A DNA stretch of 59,647 nucleotides, counting the filler, from Dugesia japonica (lineage: Eukaryota): NCBI GenBank assembly GCA_001938525.1. It is 6 parts of 6 records of this genome, joined end to end, with 100 filler letters (N's around TTAATTAATTAA, not from the genome) between each part and the next. Parts side by side here need not be neighbours in the genome. Positions count along the whole stretch, not along the records: positions 28,321 to 38,185 come from MQRL01483751.1; positions 38,286 to 48,723 come from MQRL01638198.1; positions 48,824 to 59,647 come from MQRL01642554.1; 3 more parts are not named here. One strand, given 5' to 3'. This document shows positions 37,853 through 50,084 of this stretch, in pieces. The stretch's first letter is position 1. Every line of letters starts with the position of its first letter. Position numbers and translations under genes: made by a program. Below the pieces are notes generated by a model. It saw only the letters and a program-made list of their open reading frames with translations. It searched no databases and was not told the origin of the DNA.

Positions 37853-38185
37853 TGTTGGGGTGAAATATCTGGTACGTAGAATAAAAATGGCGATAGATAA
37901 AGCCCAAAGTGAAAAGATAGTCACCAAATGAGGAAACAATGAATCCAGACAAAGGAAAGTCAAAGTTCATTGAAAGAAAGAAATAATTAAAGGAAAACCA
38001 GGAGTGGTAGTTAAAACCAAGGTAATAATCGGCAAAATCTAAATTTACAGCAAGAAACAACTCAGAAATAAGAAAGCCAAAAAGAAGAAAAGGAGTAATA
38101 GAAGTTATCAGACAGATAAAGAAAATAATGAATAACAATTAGTTCATTAGGCAAAACTAAGAAAATCATATTGAACTAATAATTG
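37853..38185 (+). mobile_element. 5' end of an LTR related to 538-2574, truncated by the scaffold end
   Basis: Starts TGTTGGGGTGAAA, identical to the reverse complement of 2562-2574; also shares AACCAGGAGT and CAGCAAG blocks. Confidence 0.45.
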
Positions 38186-38285
38186 NNNNNNNNNNNNNNN
38201 NNNNNNNNNNNNNNNNNNNNNNNNNNNNNTTAATTAATTAANNNNNNNNNNNNNNNNNNNNNNNNNNNNNNNNNNNNNNNNNNNN
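38186..38285. other. Artificial scaffold-joining spacer
   Basis: 44 N + TTAATTAATTAA + 44 N. Confidence 0.95.
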
Positions 38286-41200
38286 AAAATGACGTAAGCC
38301 AACAGGATTTAGGGAATTTGAATGATAAAAAGAGTGATGTGATATAATATTTAAATTAAAAATGAATTGTTTAAATATTCAGATTTTGAAGAATATAGTT
38401 TTAAACCTGTGTAATTTAATAAATATTATTTTAGTAATTTATCGTTAACAAGTTATAATTATATTTTCACTTAGCAATCTTTAATCAGATGTAAAACATT
38501 AAAAAGCTATTCATTTTAAACATATAATTTTGAATAACTGCATTGTAATTAGATTTTTTAATTCTTATACTGATACAAGGAATTGGCGTGAATGACTATG
38601 AAGTTAATGACAGTTTCCCGAGTAGAAAAATATTGAATCTAAGTTAGTAGCATCCAAACTTTGCAAATTATAAGTTGCCAAAAGCTTTCAAGTTTTAATG
38701 CAATGTAAAAATTTTGAAGTTAATAATTTTCTTTTAGAAAGCTGTTAATTTCTAAGTTTACGAATTTCAAACAAACACATGGCAATCGCATTTTCCTGAA
38801 AAAGTGAACTAAGTTAGATTTAAAGTAGCAACTAATAGGTCGATTTATAAATTAGTTGAGTGAGTTATAATTCCAATCATTGCTTAAGTATTACACTAAC
38901 GTCTTATTGTTTACTGAAATAAAATCTTCAAAACTAAAATGAAATAGATTCAGTATGATACATAATTAAATGTTCACTATCAAACGTTTTATTACTAAAA
39001 ATTGTTACTTTATTACTCTATTTCCTACAGAATAAAAATAAAATAAATAAACTTGATACATCAATATTTTGGAGACAAAAGTTGTTTGGGTGTTGCAATG
39101 AAGATCAACGTAAGATAGAAGTTCTCCTAATCGAAAAATAAAAGGACAATTGAAATGATCCAATATTAAATGAGTAAAAGAAATTAGTCAAAGAAAAGAT
39201 CAATCAAGTTTTAGATATAGACGCTAACTATTTAAATAAGATTTTGACTAAGAAAATAAGTAAATTAATGAAGAGATCCAATTTTATTGAAATTCCAGTT
39301 GAATGATTCCTATAACAAATGAGGATAAGAAATAAGAATTCGAGCAATTAAATGATTATTAACTATTTCGTGAATGTAGAGAAATTAAGTTCATAAAAGA
39401 CGAAACTAATAAATGAAAATTTTTTCAAATATTTTAAAATTTAGATCATGTTACATTTTTTATATTGAAATTATTTTTCTTAATCTCTTTATTTTATAAC
39501 TTTATCTATTATTCTAATGAATATTTTCTGTTGTAATGAGATCTTATTATAATTATAACCGATTATATAAATGGAATGAAATGTGAATTAACAGATTTTT
39601 AAAAATTGTTAATGATCTTATAAACACATGTAAATTTTTCGCATAAAATATTTATATAATCGCGTACAAGTGATTCACAACATAAATATTTCAATTTATA
39701 AATATAATAAAATGTATATTTTTATGTAACGGATAAGGAAGAGAACTTTTAATCTAAATTTTTGAGTCCAGAAATCTAATACTTCAAAATACATCAATTT
39801 AAATTTTACTAAGGCAATATTTAACTCGTTAAAAAACATTATGAAGGATTAGTATCTAAGGTAGAATTTTCTCTTACTATATTTTTTTCTGAAATTCAAT
39901 ATATTTGTTTGCAACGATCAAGTCAACCTGAAGAACATTGAAAATTAGAGTAGCCTAATCATTAAGCAATTTTTTTAGCTTGTGCAATTAGAATAGGTCC
40001 GCTAATGTAAATCATATTTGCTCTGGTATTCATAAACTAACTCCATAAAGCCTCTTCAACATTTGCAAAGGTGGAAATTATATTTCGCTTTTTGTTAGGA
40101 TTATTTTTGTTAGAGGTTTCTGTAATTTTTTCTCTGTTTTTAATTTATGTCGACAAGGTATTTATTGGATTTTCAATTTTTTTGTCCTTTATCCACATCT
40201 AAATTTCCATCCATTTGTTTATTAACTGATAAATATTTTGCAAGGGTTATAAAATTCTATTGACTTTAAATCGTTTTTTAATTATAAACCGTAGATTACA
40301 TGAAATTGCTATTAGCAATGACTTTCTAAAACAATTTCCATGTAAATAAATAAATTTATTTATAATTTTTTAAAATTTGTTCGATATAGCCGAAATTTAC
40401 AAGAATAAATTTTTTTTGTGGCTCTGGTATTTTTAATTTTTGATAATTTGGCTATTCACATATAAGAATGCCAACCCCTGGTCTTTGAAGAACAACGTTT
40501 CCTCAAATTTTCACTTTTATAATCTTTAAATTTTATTCGAAAGATTTTATCTCATTCATTTTAAAATTCAAATTATTTCAAATTAATTAATTTCTAAACT
40601 CTCCAAAAAAATTAAAGTCAAAATCTGAAAAAAATTGACAATCCAATTAATCTTTTCCTACAGTTATTATTATCAAATATTTATTATCATTATTATTTGT
40701 TTCAAGAAAATAAAAACTATGAAATATTTTATTGCTGCTGAAACATAATTTTGAACAACACTAATATATATCATTTGTAAATAATTTTTAATTTCAAAAA
40801 GTTACCATAATATTTTAAGGAAGTTAAACTTTTAATTACNNNNNNNNNNNNNNNNNNNNNNNNNNNNNNNNACACAGTACATAATGTCGAATATTATTCT
40901 GCTTGAATTAGTTGTTTTCACAAAGAAGTGTATATTATTAATTAATACTTAAAAAACGACTTTCCGATTACTTCTTTGAATGAAAAATTAAAATATTCAA
41001 AATTGCTTTGTTATTTTCTTCCAAATTAAAGTGAATATTTTTTCTAGATTTTTAAATTAATTTCTTAACATTACTAATTGCTTCATAATTATTCTAGACT
41101 TTGGTGAGAATATAAAAATACATATTTTTCAGAATAGAAAAAACATATTAAGATAAAGGATATCCAGATAAACATATATGCTTTTTATCATAAAAATAGT

Positions 41201-41508
41201 AACAACTAGGACTAGGCAAGGTTCACCCGTTGATTTATAGGCGCACTATTCGAAACATGAATTGAAAGCACAATTAAATCAATTAAATTAAAATCAAAAC
41301 TAATNTAAACTTCTATTTAAAATTAATTTAACATGCCATTTAATTAAGTTTCGATAGTATATCTGTCATCGATAGCATAATGTGGAATTTAAGTATATAT
41401 ACTCTATTCTTAGTTTTAAACAGTTTGCCTGTCTTCTTGCTCATTGTAACATGTTTTTTTCACTAGGATAAACAATCTGTTTTGTCTCATTTTTCAGAAA
41501 TATTTAAA

Positions 41509-41890
41509 ATGAGTGACGTTTGGCGAGCCTTTGATAATATTGTTAAAGATAATTATTATTGTAAAGACAGCAAAGCAAAATGAAGGAATGCGATGAATTC
41601 GCATTCAAAGTACCAACTTGTAGTGGTACTACTAATTAAAAAAAAACATCTTTCATGAGAACATTCTGCCATTCTTGCATTAAAAATTTGGTAAAAAATA
41701 TTTTATACGTTAAAAACTTAAAGATTTTATCAATTCGTTTTTAATTATTCAAACAGAAATATTAACTCTACGATGACTAAGCTTGGACAGAAATGGTCAC
41801 AGCGTAATTTATTAAATAAATTTGGAATTAGTCTATATTGATCAAGGTTCTATTCAGTAATTTTTTCCCCATTCCTTACAAATTTAAATT
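41509..41890 (+). mobile_element. hAT-type transposase remnant (BED zinc finger)
   Basis: MSDVWRAF...SKAK(frameshift)KECDEF...SGTTN.KKHLS*EH fits the BED finger pattern W..F...C..C...GT.NL..HL...H. Confidence 0.55.
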
Positions 41891-42078
41891 AAAAGATCGC
41901 TGAAAAATAATTTATTTCTAGTTCAAATAAAAGTTCAAAAAAATTAATTATATTTAAGTTATTTTATAAAATTTTTGTGCCAATTATTCCTTTTTAACAT
42001 TATAAAAGAATATTAAAACAAACTATTTACTAAGTTTAAATGATTATATAATTTAAATTATGCAATCTCAATAAATAA

Positions 42079-42810
42079 TCAATAAAATAATGTTAAGAGC
42101 AATATTGAATTCGTCAACTGAACATTAATTTTAGGATTTAATGTCCTTATCAGCAAAGCTTCACACATCAATCTCTCCAAATAATTATTAAATCCACTGC
42201 ACAAGTTTTTAAAATCAGAAAACCCCATTGAATTTATACATTTTCTTCCATGCTCAACAATGTTACTATTTCCACTATTTTGATTATGCTCTTGTATTCT
42301 GGTACAGAGATGAAGGGAAGTCTCTCCAAAGTATGTAGTGTTACACTCATTACATTTAAATTGATAGACTAGATCAGAGCACAAGCCTAAAAAGGTTCTA
42401 GATTTATTATTGAACATATTTATAACCTTATGAGATTGAGATACAACCTTAATATTTAAAATATTCTTAAGAGCATTTTCAATTGAAAGTTTGAATTTTT
42501 TAAAGCCTTCAGAATAGAGTAAAGATAAAATAATTTTATGATCTGTTTCTACAACCTCACATACATCAAAACGAGACAAGTCACTATTTAGTTTATTNAA
42601 AGTTTCATAAACTAATTTGTCCGGAAACAATGTAGAATACCCATTATTATGAAGTAAGTTAATTAATTTATTTAGACTCTTGTCTGCTTTGATAAAAGTA
42701 AAAGTCAGAGACCAAGAACGATGAATTAGTCCTTTAATTATATTACTTTTATATTTTATGTCACAAAACATGCAGGATTTGTAAACAAACTGGTATCAGT
42801 ATTTTAAAAA
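42079..42810 (-). mobile_element. Penelope-like element 3' part (RT thumb plus GIY-YIG endonuclease), 230-aa ORF
   Basis: KYKSNIIKGLIHR, NNGY, LVYQFKCNECNTTYFGETSLHLCTRIQEH, EALLIRTLNPKINVQ. Confidence 0.9.
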
Positions 42811-42819
42811 GCTGTGATG

Positions 42820-44430
42820 TCAAGAGATCATGACCTCATCAGATACGTATAACAATCGACAAAATACTTTGTTTATTCAAAGGAAGATGTCCATTCAAAG
42901 TTTTCATGAAAGATAACCTAGTAAATATGGTATTTTAATGCATGCGCTAGTCGATTCTTCGATAGAACCCTATGCTGGTAAAGGCGAAATATCAAATAAA
43001 GTATTAAATGCAGTAAGCAGATTAGTTGATCCGATTAAGAGTAGATGAAGAAATGTTACAATGGATAGGTATTATACATATACTAATGTTGCGAATAAGC
43101 TTTGTCATGAATGTATGCTAACAGTTGTTAGTACGATTCAAAAAGCGAAAAAATATTCTTGCTACACTAAAAGAAAAATCCTAGAACTTTATTCATCTTT
43201 ATCTGCCTTTTCTGCTACAACATTAACTACTGTCCTAATAACATTAGTTTTTTATTGCACTAAACCTAAGAAATAAGTGTTATTTCTATCAACTCAACAT
43301 CGAGCTATTGGTTTATTCGAAAGAGAAAAGAAGAAACCTGAAATAAATATCTTTTATAACGAAACAAAAATGGATTTTATACAATCGATCAAATGGTAAG
43401 AATTTATTCAGCAAGAAGTGGTACACATCAGTTGCCTTTATCTTTATTATATACTTTATTAGATATTGTACAGATAAATGCTTTTACATTATATATTGAA
43501 TGCTTTCATGATTGGAATAAAATCAAAAATCATCGATTATAACTTCTTATTCACGGACTTGTATTCAATCTTGTCAAAAAACAAGTGTCAAGAAGACATA
43601 CAATTGGTTTACAAAGTGACATTTTACTAAGTATCAAAGCTGTATCATCTAAAAGAAGTTTTCAACAACTTTTATGTCAACTCCACAATTAATTGCAACA
43701 TATATTAAGGCATTATAAATTAATTTACCGAAATGTGATATTTGAGTATCAACTAACTCAAATCTCACGCGAAAGATATAATATTTGTTTTGAAGCCGCT
43801 ATATGTAAAAAGGATAATCAGAAAGTCAGAGGAATAGATTCAAAATGCAACAATAGTAAAGAATTTATTAGTAGGGGGATAGTGGCGCACGGTCACAACA
43901 TGCATGGCACTGGGCGGAACCCCCCCCCCGCCTTAAGATTGTGACCGTTTTTTTGGTGACCGTTTTTTTTGGGTTGGTTTTTTTTTTCTAAGATTTTTGG
44001 GATCAANNNNNNNNNNNNNNNNNNNNNNNNNNNNNNNNNNNNNNNNNNNNNNNNNNTTATGTCAACTCCACAATTAATTGCAACATATATTAAGGCATTA
44101 TAAATTAATTTACCGAAATGTGATATTTGAATATCAACTAACTCAAATCTCACGCGAAAGATATAATATTTGTTTTGAAGCCGCTATATGTAAAAAGGAT
44201 AAACAGAAAGTCAGAGGAATAGATTCAAAATGCAACAATAGTAAAGAATTTATTTGTTCAATAAATAGCAAGAAAGAAATATTATACACAAATTGTATTG
44301 ATAAAAATATATCCTTTCAATGAAAATTATTTATTTGTTTTATATTAGTAAATATACCATGAAAATCAACTGTTACAATAGATATTGCTGCGAAGTGAAC
44401 TTTTTAAGTATTTTAGCAGCTAACGGCTAG
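42820..44430 (+). mobile_element. Decayed piggyBac element
   Basis: GRCPFKVFM..PSKYGI, EPYAGK, RNVTMDRYYT, VLFLSTQH, KPEINIFYNETK..DQM, INAF, and a decayed Cys-rich C-terminus (ORF 44078-44323). Confidence 0.85.
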
Positions 44431-44579
44431 ACAACCATCGTTTTCATCATTCTCATTATATATGGTTATCAAATAACAGCTACATATTTTTAATTAGAAA
44501 TAAAAAGAAAACGGTATAAGATATTATTATTATCATTATATAATAATACTATTTATTTTTACATTAAATACTAGTCCAT

Positions 44580-44950
44580 AACATTTTATTCAAAAATGAC
44601 TGCCTATGAACTTTTTTAGAAATCCGATTCCGAAACAACAATTTTTGGTCACGTTTTCACACAAGTCAGCACAAATTTCATCAATGCCAAGATTAATGTT
44701 GGTTTTCAGGTCATGGAGTGTTTGTAGATTTTTAGTGTAAACAAATGATTTTACGTAATCCCAAAGAAAGAAATCCAATGGAGTTATATCGCATGGTCTT
44801 GGTAGCCAGTTCAAATTGGCATATCTTTAGATTATTCGGCAAGGGAACCTTTTCTCAATAAATTGATTGTGGAATGTACGACATCTCGCACGATCTTGTT
44901 GAAATCACATTTTGTTCAGATCAAAATATTGTAATTCATGCCACAAAAAT
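44580..44950 (-). mobile_element. Tc1/mariner-superfamily (DD37D/DD41D-like) transposase remnant
   Basis: NWLPRPCDITPLDFFLWDYVKSFVY matches WPPRSPDLTPLDFFLWGY.K; FQQD-like motif upstream. Confidence 0.8.
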
Positions 44951-45239
44951 CGATATTATTTATTAAAAATTAGCATAAAACTGATTACAGAATTTCTTTT
45001 TTAAAACAACAATGTAAGCTGTGGACATTTTTGTCCATGCTTAGACATCCTAGGAAGAGTTTTTTCTTAATCATCGTAGGGTTAAAATAATTTCCTTTAG
45101 TATATTTGTTTATGGTACTTATCGTTTATTTAATGAGATCCTTATATTACAAGTGCAGTTTGCACTGGTGTGGAAATTTATGTTTTCAGCCAAGATCTAA
45201 TAACAACTAATTTTCTTTAAAAATTGATTAAACAAATTA

Positions 45240-45400
45240 CATTAAAATAAGATAAAGCTTCGATCAAAACAAAATTTATTTGAACTTTTTTACAAATAAA
45301 TTTTGTTTTGATCGAAGCTTTATCTTATTTTAATGAAATCTCAAATCCAATCAATGGTTAAGTCCAACAATTATTCTCACAATAATTGTAATTATAAAAC
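45240..45400. repeat. pLTR-A-derived fold-back repeat (perfect 43-bp inverted repeat, 10-nt loop)
   Basis: 45240-45282 is the exact reverse complement of 45293-45335 and is followed by the family A tail. Confidence 0.85.
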
Positions 45401-45660
45401 AAATTACGGTATTATTTAGACTAGCCAACATTGTAAATACTTTATTATACTCTCAGGAAACAACTGTATTAAATAAATATTTCAGAAATATAAAAAAAAT
45501 TTCTCAGTTAAGATTTTTTATAGGTTTACTTTCAATTCTAATCATTTTTCTATGCTTGAATTCGTTATGGAAAAAAATTCAGAAGAATTTATCAAAATAA
45601 TAAATTAGTTTCAACATGAATTGAAGTAATGTAATTATAGGAAATTAAATAAGATCTTAC

Positions 45661-46135
45661 TGTCATTGGAATTCTTTCCCAGACATAATGATATTTTGAA
45701 CGCTTGAAAAATAAGTGACATTTTCCGATTGGGTTAATTTGAATATATTTCCCTCTGAATTTATTACCCATTGAGAAGTCAAACCAGCAAACCCATTCAT
45801 TGCTTTCACAATGAACTGCGCAACTTGGAGGATGATGACTTACCTGTAAGATTTGTTTTTAAATCAATAAACTATGCCAGGCTTAAAACCTGTTCGGCAA
45901 ACAATCTCCATCCATAATCATCTGTGCGATCTAATTCATATGTTTCACCTAACAACGGATTAAAAGGTTTATTAATTCGATACGCCGTAGCAGCATATGA
46001 TGATACAGTGAAAGCTGCCACGTAAGCGATTTGTTGTATTGGACTTTGACAAGTAGCAGCTTTATCTAAAATTGCAGAGTACTCAAAATCTTCTGCTAAT
46101 CTTTGTAACATGGAAATTGGCTCACTAAAGTTAAC
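45661..46135 (-). CDS. OSBP: Oxysterol-binding protein (OSBP/ORP) family, two internal exons (46135-45890, 45843-45661)
   Basis: VNFSEPISMLQRLAEDFEY...KPFNPLLGETYE...FAEQ|VSHHPP...KFRGKY...HYVW; the EQVSHHPP signature spans a 46-nt GT-AG intron. Confidence 0.93.
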
Positions 46136-46176
46136 CTGAAAATTTATTTAATAAAATGGAAATATAAATATATTTA

Positions 46177-47502
46177 TTAGATGTCCAAATAAGTTTTCGC
46201 CGATTTTTCCAATTTACATTTCACTAAATAATTTATTAACTTTTCCTAAAGAAAACTATTTGTTTGAATATATTACTTTAAATCAATCATGTATTTTATA
46301 TTTAAAATATCATCTCATTTAAAATTTTTTATTAGTTAAAATAGCGGAGAGAGAATTAACCATTCGTTCTTGCTTATTATATGAATTTATGCTTGGGTTT
46401 AATGCCACAGAAACCTTTCAAAAGATTTGTTTCAATTTGGAGAAGATACAGTGGAGGAAATAACTACTCGTACTTGGATAAATAGTTAATTTCCCCTTAA
46501 ATTTAGTAACTTTTCTTCTATTAGGAGACAAGTTACTAGAATAGGGGAAAATACTAAAATATGATAATAGTTAATAAAATAGAGGAAATTAACTATTAAT
46601 CCCTCGTAATTAGTTCCAAAAGTTTATTTCAGGTTATGAAAATCTGGAGGATGCACCCAAATCTGGGAGACAAATTTCAACGAGAAATTGTGGATTGAGA
46701 AAGACAATTGAGTCAGATTCAGGAACTTGGTTTGACATTGGATGTCAACGAAGAAACAATAAGATTGCATATGCATCAGATTTGAAAGAGGTGAAAATTA
46801 TGCAAATGAGTTCCACATGACTTGACACCAAAGTATAGATTCCAACGACTGACAATAAACACTTTTTATGTTAGTCGGCTAAAAACGGAGCAATTTTTAA
46901 TAGAATCTTGACTTGCGACGAAGAGTGGATAATTTATATCAAATTCTAAGAGATCAGATCATTAGTTATTTCCCTTATCACAAGTTACAAAGGCTGGTCT
47001 ATTCTGGAAAAAACTTTTACTGTGATTTTTGCAGTAATCATTCATCACGAGTTTCTAAAGGTGAAATAAACAATAATCGCCGACATCTATTGTGCTCCAT
47101 TAGAAAGAGTTTAGGAAAAAATGCGGGGAAAGCAGCCTACATTAGTAAACAGAAAGAAGGTTTTATTTCTTCAAGACACTTCTTGAATGTATGTAACAAA
47201 AAAACTGTTGACAAAATAACGCAACTGGAAACTTATTATATTCTTCAGATCTTTTGCCAACAGATTTTCACTTGTTTTTTAATCTTGATATTAATCTGAA
47301 GAAAAAGACGTTTAAAAATGAAATGGAGCTAGAAACGGAAGTGTTCAATTTCTTCCTCAGTAAGACTACATAATTATAAAAAAACGGTCTGAACAAAGTT
47401 ATACAATGTAATGGATTCTATTTCGATGAATAAATATATCTAAAATTAAAAATTTCGACTTACTTTTTTGAAAAATCGACAAAAGCTTATTTAGACATCA
47501 GA
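46177..47502 (+). mobile_element. Full-length decayed mariner (1.3 kb) in an OSBP intron
   Basis: TA flanks; TIRs TTAGATGTCCAAATAAGTTTTCGCCGATTTTT / revcomp TCTGATGTCTAAATAAGCTTTTGTCGATTTTT; motifs IRSCLLYEF, LEDAPKSGR, VPHDLT, ILTCDEEWI. Confidence 0.88.
46476..46602. mobile_element. 127-bp MITE nested in the mariner
   Basis: TIRs GGATAAATAGTTAATTTCCCCT / AGAGGAAATTAACTATTAATCC; 9-bp TSD CTCGTACTT / CTCGTAATT. Removing it restores the mariner frame TTR..FQKF. Confidence 0.75.
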
Positions 47503-47777
47503 TAAATGAAATTGTCAAATTTAGATAAAATACCAAAAACAATGAAATTATAGGAAACTTAATATTAAATAACAAATTAAATTAAATTTAGCAAGATAAT
47601 TAAACTTTTAACGATTGGTTTATTAATTAAAAAGGTACATAATATTTTATGTGAAAATTAAAAAAACATTAAGGCAAGGAATTTAATAACCTAAAAAATT
47701 TTAAAAAATGACTTAAAAAAGTGAAAATTCTGTGTTTTTTAAAATTATATAATACTAAATTTTATTTATTCAATCAT

Positions 47778-48723
47778 ATCAGGTTCCACGGAAAGAAACC
47801 GCCGAGTACCATTTTAATTGCATTTNNNNNNNNNNNNNNNNNNNNNNNNNNNNNNNNNNNNNNNNNNNNNNNNNNNNNNNNNNNNNNNNNNATTATTTGT
47901 TTAAATAATATCGTTACTAGATACATTTTTAAATATCAAAATATGAATGCGGATAAGACACATATTATACACTGTCTATTATATGAATTTGACAAGGGCT
48001 CTAGTGCAAGACTTGCTCACCTGAGGATAAAAGAAATTTATTAGAAGAATGGATTGAGTGAGACCCAATGCAAGGTATGATTGAATCATTTCAGAAATGG
48101 TGATAGAAGCCTGGTAGAATTATCGAAAACTGGCCGAAAATCGACTCTGGATAATGAAACTGTACGAAACTTGGTCGAATCGACTCCTAGGCAATACGCT
48201 GAAGAAATGGCTGTTAATCTCCACTGTGATCAGCAGACCGTTAGCGATCATCTGCACTTTATTGGAAAGTCATACAGAGCTGGGACATGGATTTCACACA
48301 ATTTATCAAATGAGCAGAAATCGACGAGGGTTATGATTTCAAATGCAAATTTAATAAAAAATAGCAAAGATCCATTTTTGAAGCAAATTGTCACTTCCGA
48401 TGAAAAATGAATTCTATATGAGAACCCTGATCGTCGCCGTCAATGGCTTTCTGCAGAAGAGACTCCAATTCCAACTGCAAGGCGACCAATACATGATAAA
48501 AAAAAGTGTTTTTTGTGTGTATGGTGCGACTGGAAGGGAATTGTATATTGGGAGGTGCTTGATTATGGACAAATTGTGGGCTCAAATTGCTACTGTCAAT
48601 AATTGGACCGACTGGGTAATACACTCTTACAAATTCACTCAGATTTAGTCAATAGAAAGGGTGTTATCCTCCTTCACGATATCGCTAGACCGCACACCTC
48701 GAAAGTAACTCAATAAAAGATCC
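47778..48723 (+). mobile_element. Mariner element, truncated by the scaffold end
   Basis: MNADKTHIIHCLLYEF, WISHNLS, IVTSDEK*ILY, LCVWCDWKGIVY, ILLHDIARPH. Confidence 0.9.
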
Positions 48724-48823
48724 NNNNNNNNNNNNNNNNNNNNNNNNNNNNNNNNNNNNNNNNNNNNTTAATTAATTAANNNNNNNNNNNNNNNNNNNNN
48801 NNNNNNNNNNNNNNNNNNNNNNN
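48724..48823. other. Artificial scaffold-joining spacer
   Basis: 44 N + TTAATTAATTAA + 44 N. Confidence 0.95.
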
Positions 48824-48859
48824 TATTTAGAAAAAATTATCAACTATCAATTTCAAAAT

Positions 48860-49080
48860 TTATTAAGATGAAAGCTTCGATAAAAATTTGTTTTTTGGTT
48901 TATCAATATATTATTATCAATATATTATTATCAANNNNNNNNNNNNNNNNNNNNNNNNNNNNNNNATTATTATCAAAAACCAAAAAACAAATTTTGATGG
49001 AAGCTTTTATTGTAAATGAATTCTGAAAAACGATCAATGGTTACATCCAACAATTATTCTCGCAATAATTGCAATTGTAT
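48860..49080. repeat. pLTR-A head-to-head inverted module
   Basis: AAAGCTTCGATAAAAATTTGTTTTTTGG (inverted) followed by CCAAAAAACAAATTTTGATGGAAGCTTT...GCAATAATTGCAATTGT (direct). Confidence 0.7.
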
Positions 49081-49167
49081 ATCAATTTCAAATTCATCAA
49101 ATTTGTTATCATCTGCAAAATCATGAAAACTATTTCCATTCAAATTTTAGTGAAAAATATAGATTTG

Positions 49168-50084
49168 TTAACGGAAATATTTAAAAGGAAGAAGTTTCGT
49201 CAACCAACCAGGAATAATTGCTAAAGTAATACAGTGAAAACCACTTAATAATCGATCTAACCACATATTTAACCTAAATATATGAAAAACTTTTAACAAA
49301 ACCTATAACTCTCATAGGATTGTTATTATGCACATAAAGTATTATTTTTATTAATAAAATCAAACATCCTCAGATAATAATCCAGAAAATACGTTATTAT
49401 AATATATTTTATTAAGCAAATTACAAAATATATTGCAGTAATATATATTTATATTATATATCGATTTATATATTTATATTGATTAATATTTAATTTTTTC
49501 AGGTTAATGCCTGGAATTTTAATTTAATATATAAATTTATGATTTATAAAAAATTAATATGTAAAACATAGACGAAAGATTACAAATCGGTTATAAGAAA
49601 AATTTCTAAACAATTTCTACACGAAACGATATCAACTAAAACGTTATCCAACTTCTTGGAAATTTAATTTAAAATATTGATGTAAAATGAATTAATCAGT
49701 TCAGAATTTACTTTGTAATCTCAGGACGACTACTCCAATACCAAAGCCATTCAGATCCATTAATGATTCGTTCATTCGACTCAAGTTTTTCAGAAGAACT
49801 CGATGAAATGCTTTTCACTAATGGGCTAGATATCTGACTATACTCGTTACTTATAACATTTTCGTTGGAATTATATGCATCTTCGGACGATAATTCCAAA
49901 ATGTTTTCCATTAAATATTCCAAAGTGCTCTGATCTATAACTTTCAAATTTTCAGTATTAGGATTCGGAATTTTCAAAGCATCTCCTTCAGCAATATGTA
50001 ACCAATTATCTATCCATAAATAAACTCATAATTATAGTAATACTATAAATATAAACAACCATATTTTACATTTTTAGAAGCCAT
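49168..50084 (-). CDS. BNIP3: BNIP3/BNIP3L(NIX)-like mitophagy receptor (exons 50084-50060, 50009-49712, tentative last exon 49273-49168)
   Basis: MASKNVKYD|NWLHI... carries an N-terminal LIR-like WxxI; EWLWYWSSRPE matches the BNIP3 DWIWDWSSRPE motif. Phase-compatible GT-AG introns. The last exon is uncertain. Confidence 0.72.

Noticed and set aside
46913-47299. 128-aa ORF and 48154/48388/48391 ORFs as independent genes
   Set aside because: Shifted or antisense frames of decayed mariner transposases.
20438-50084. Apparent cluster of lipid-transfer/mitophagy genes (STARD7, OSBP, BNIP3)
   Set aside because: The genes sit on different scaffolds separated by artificial spacers.
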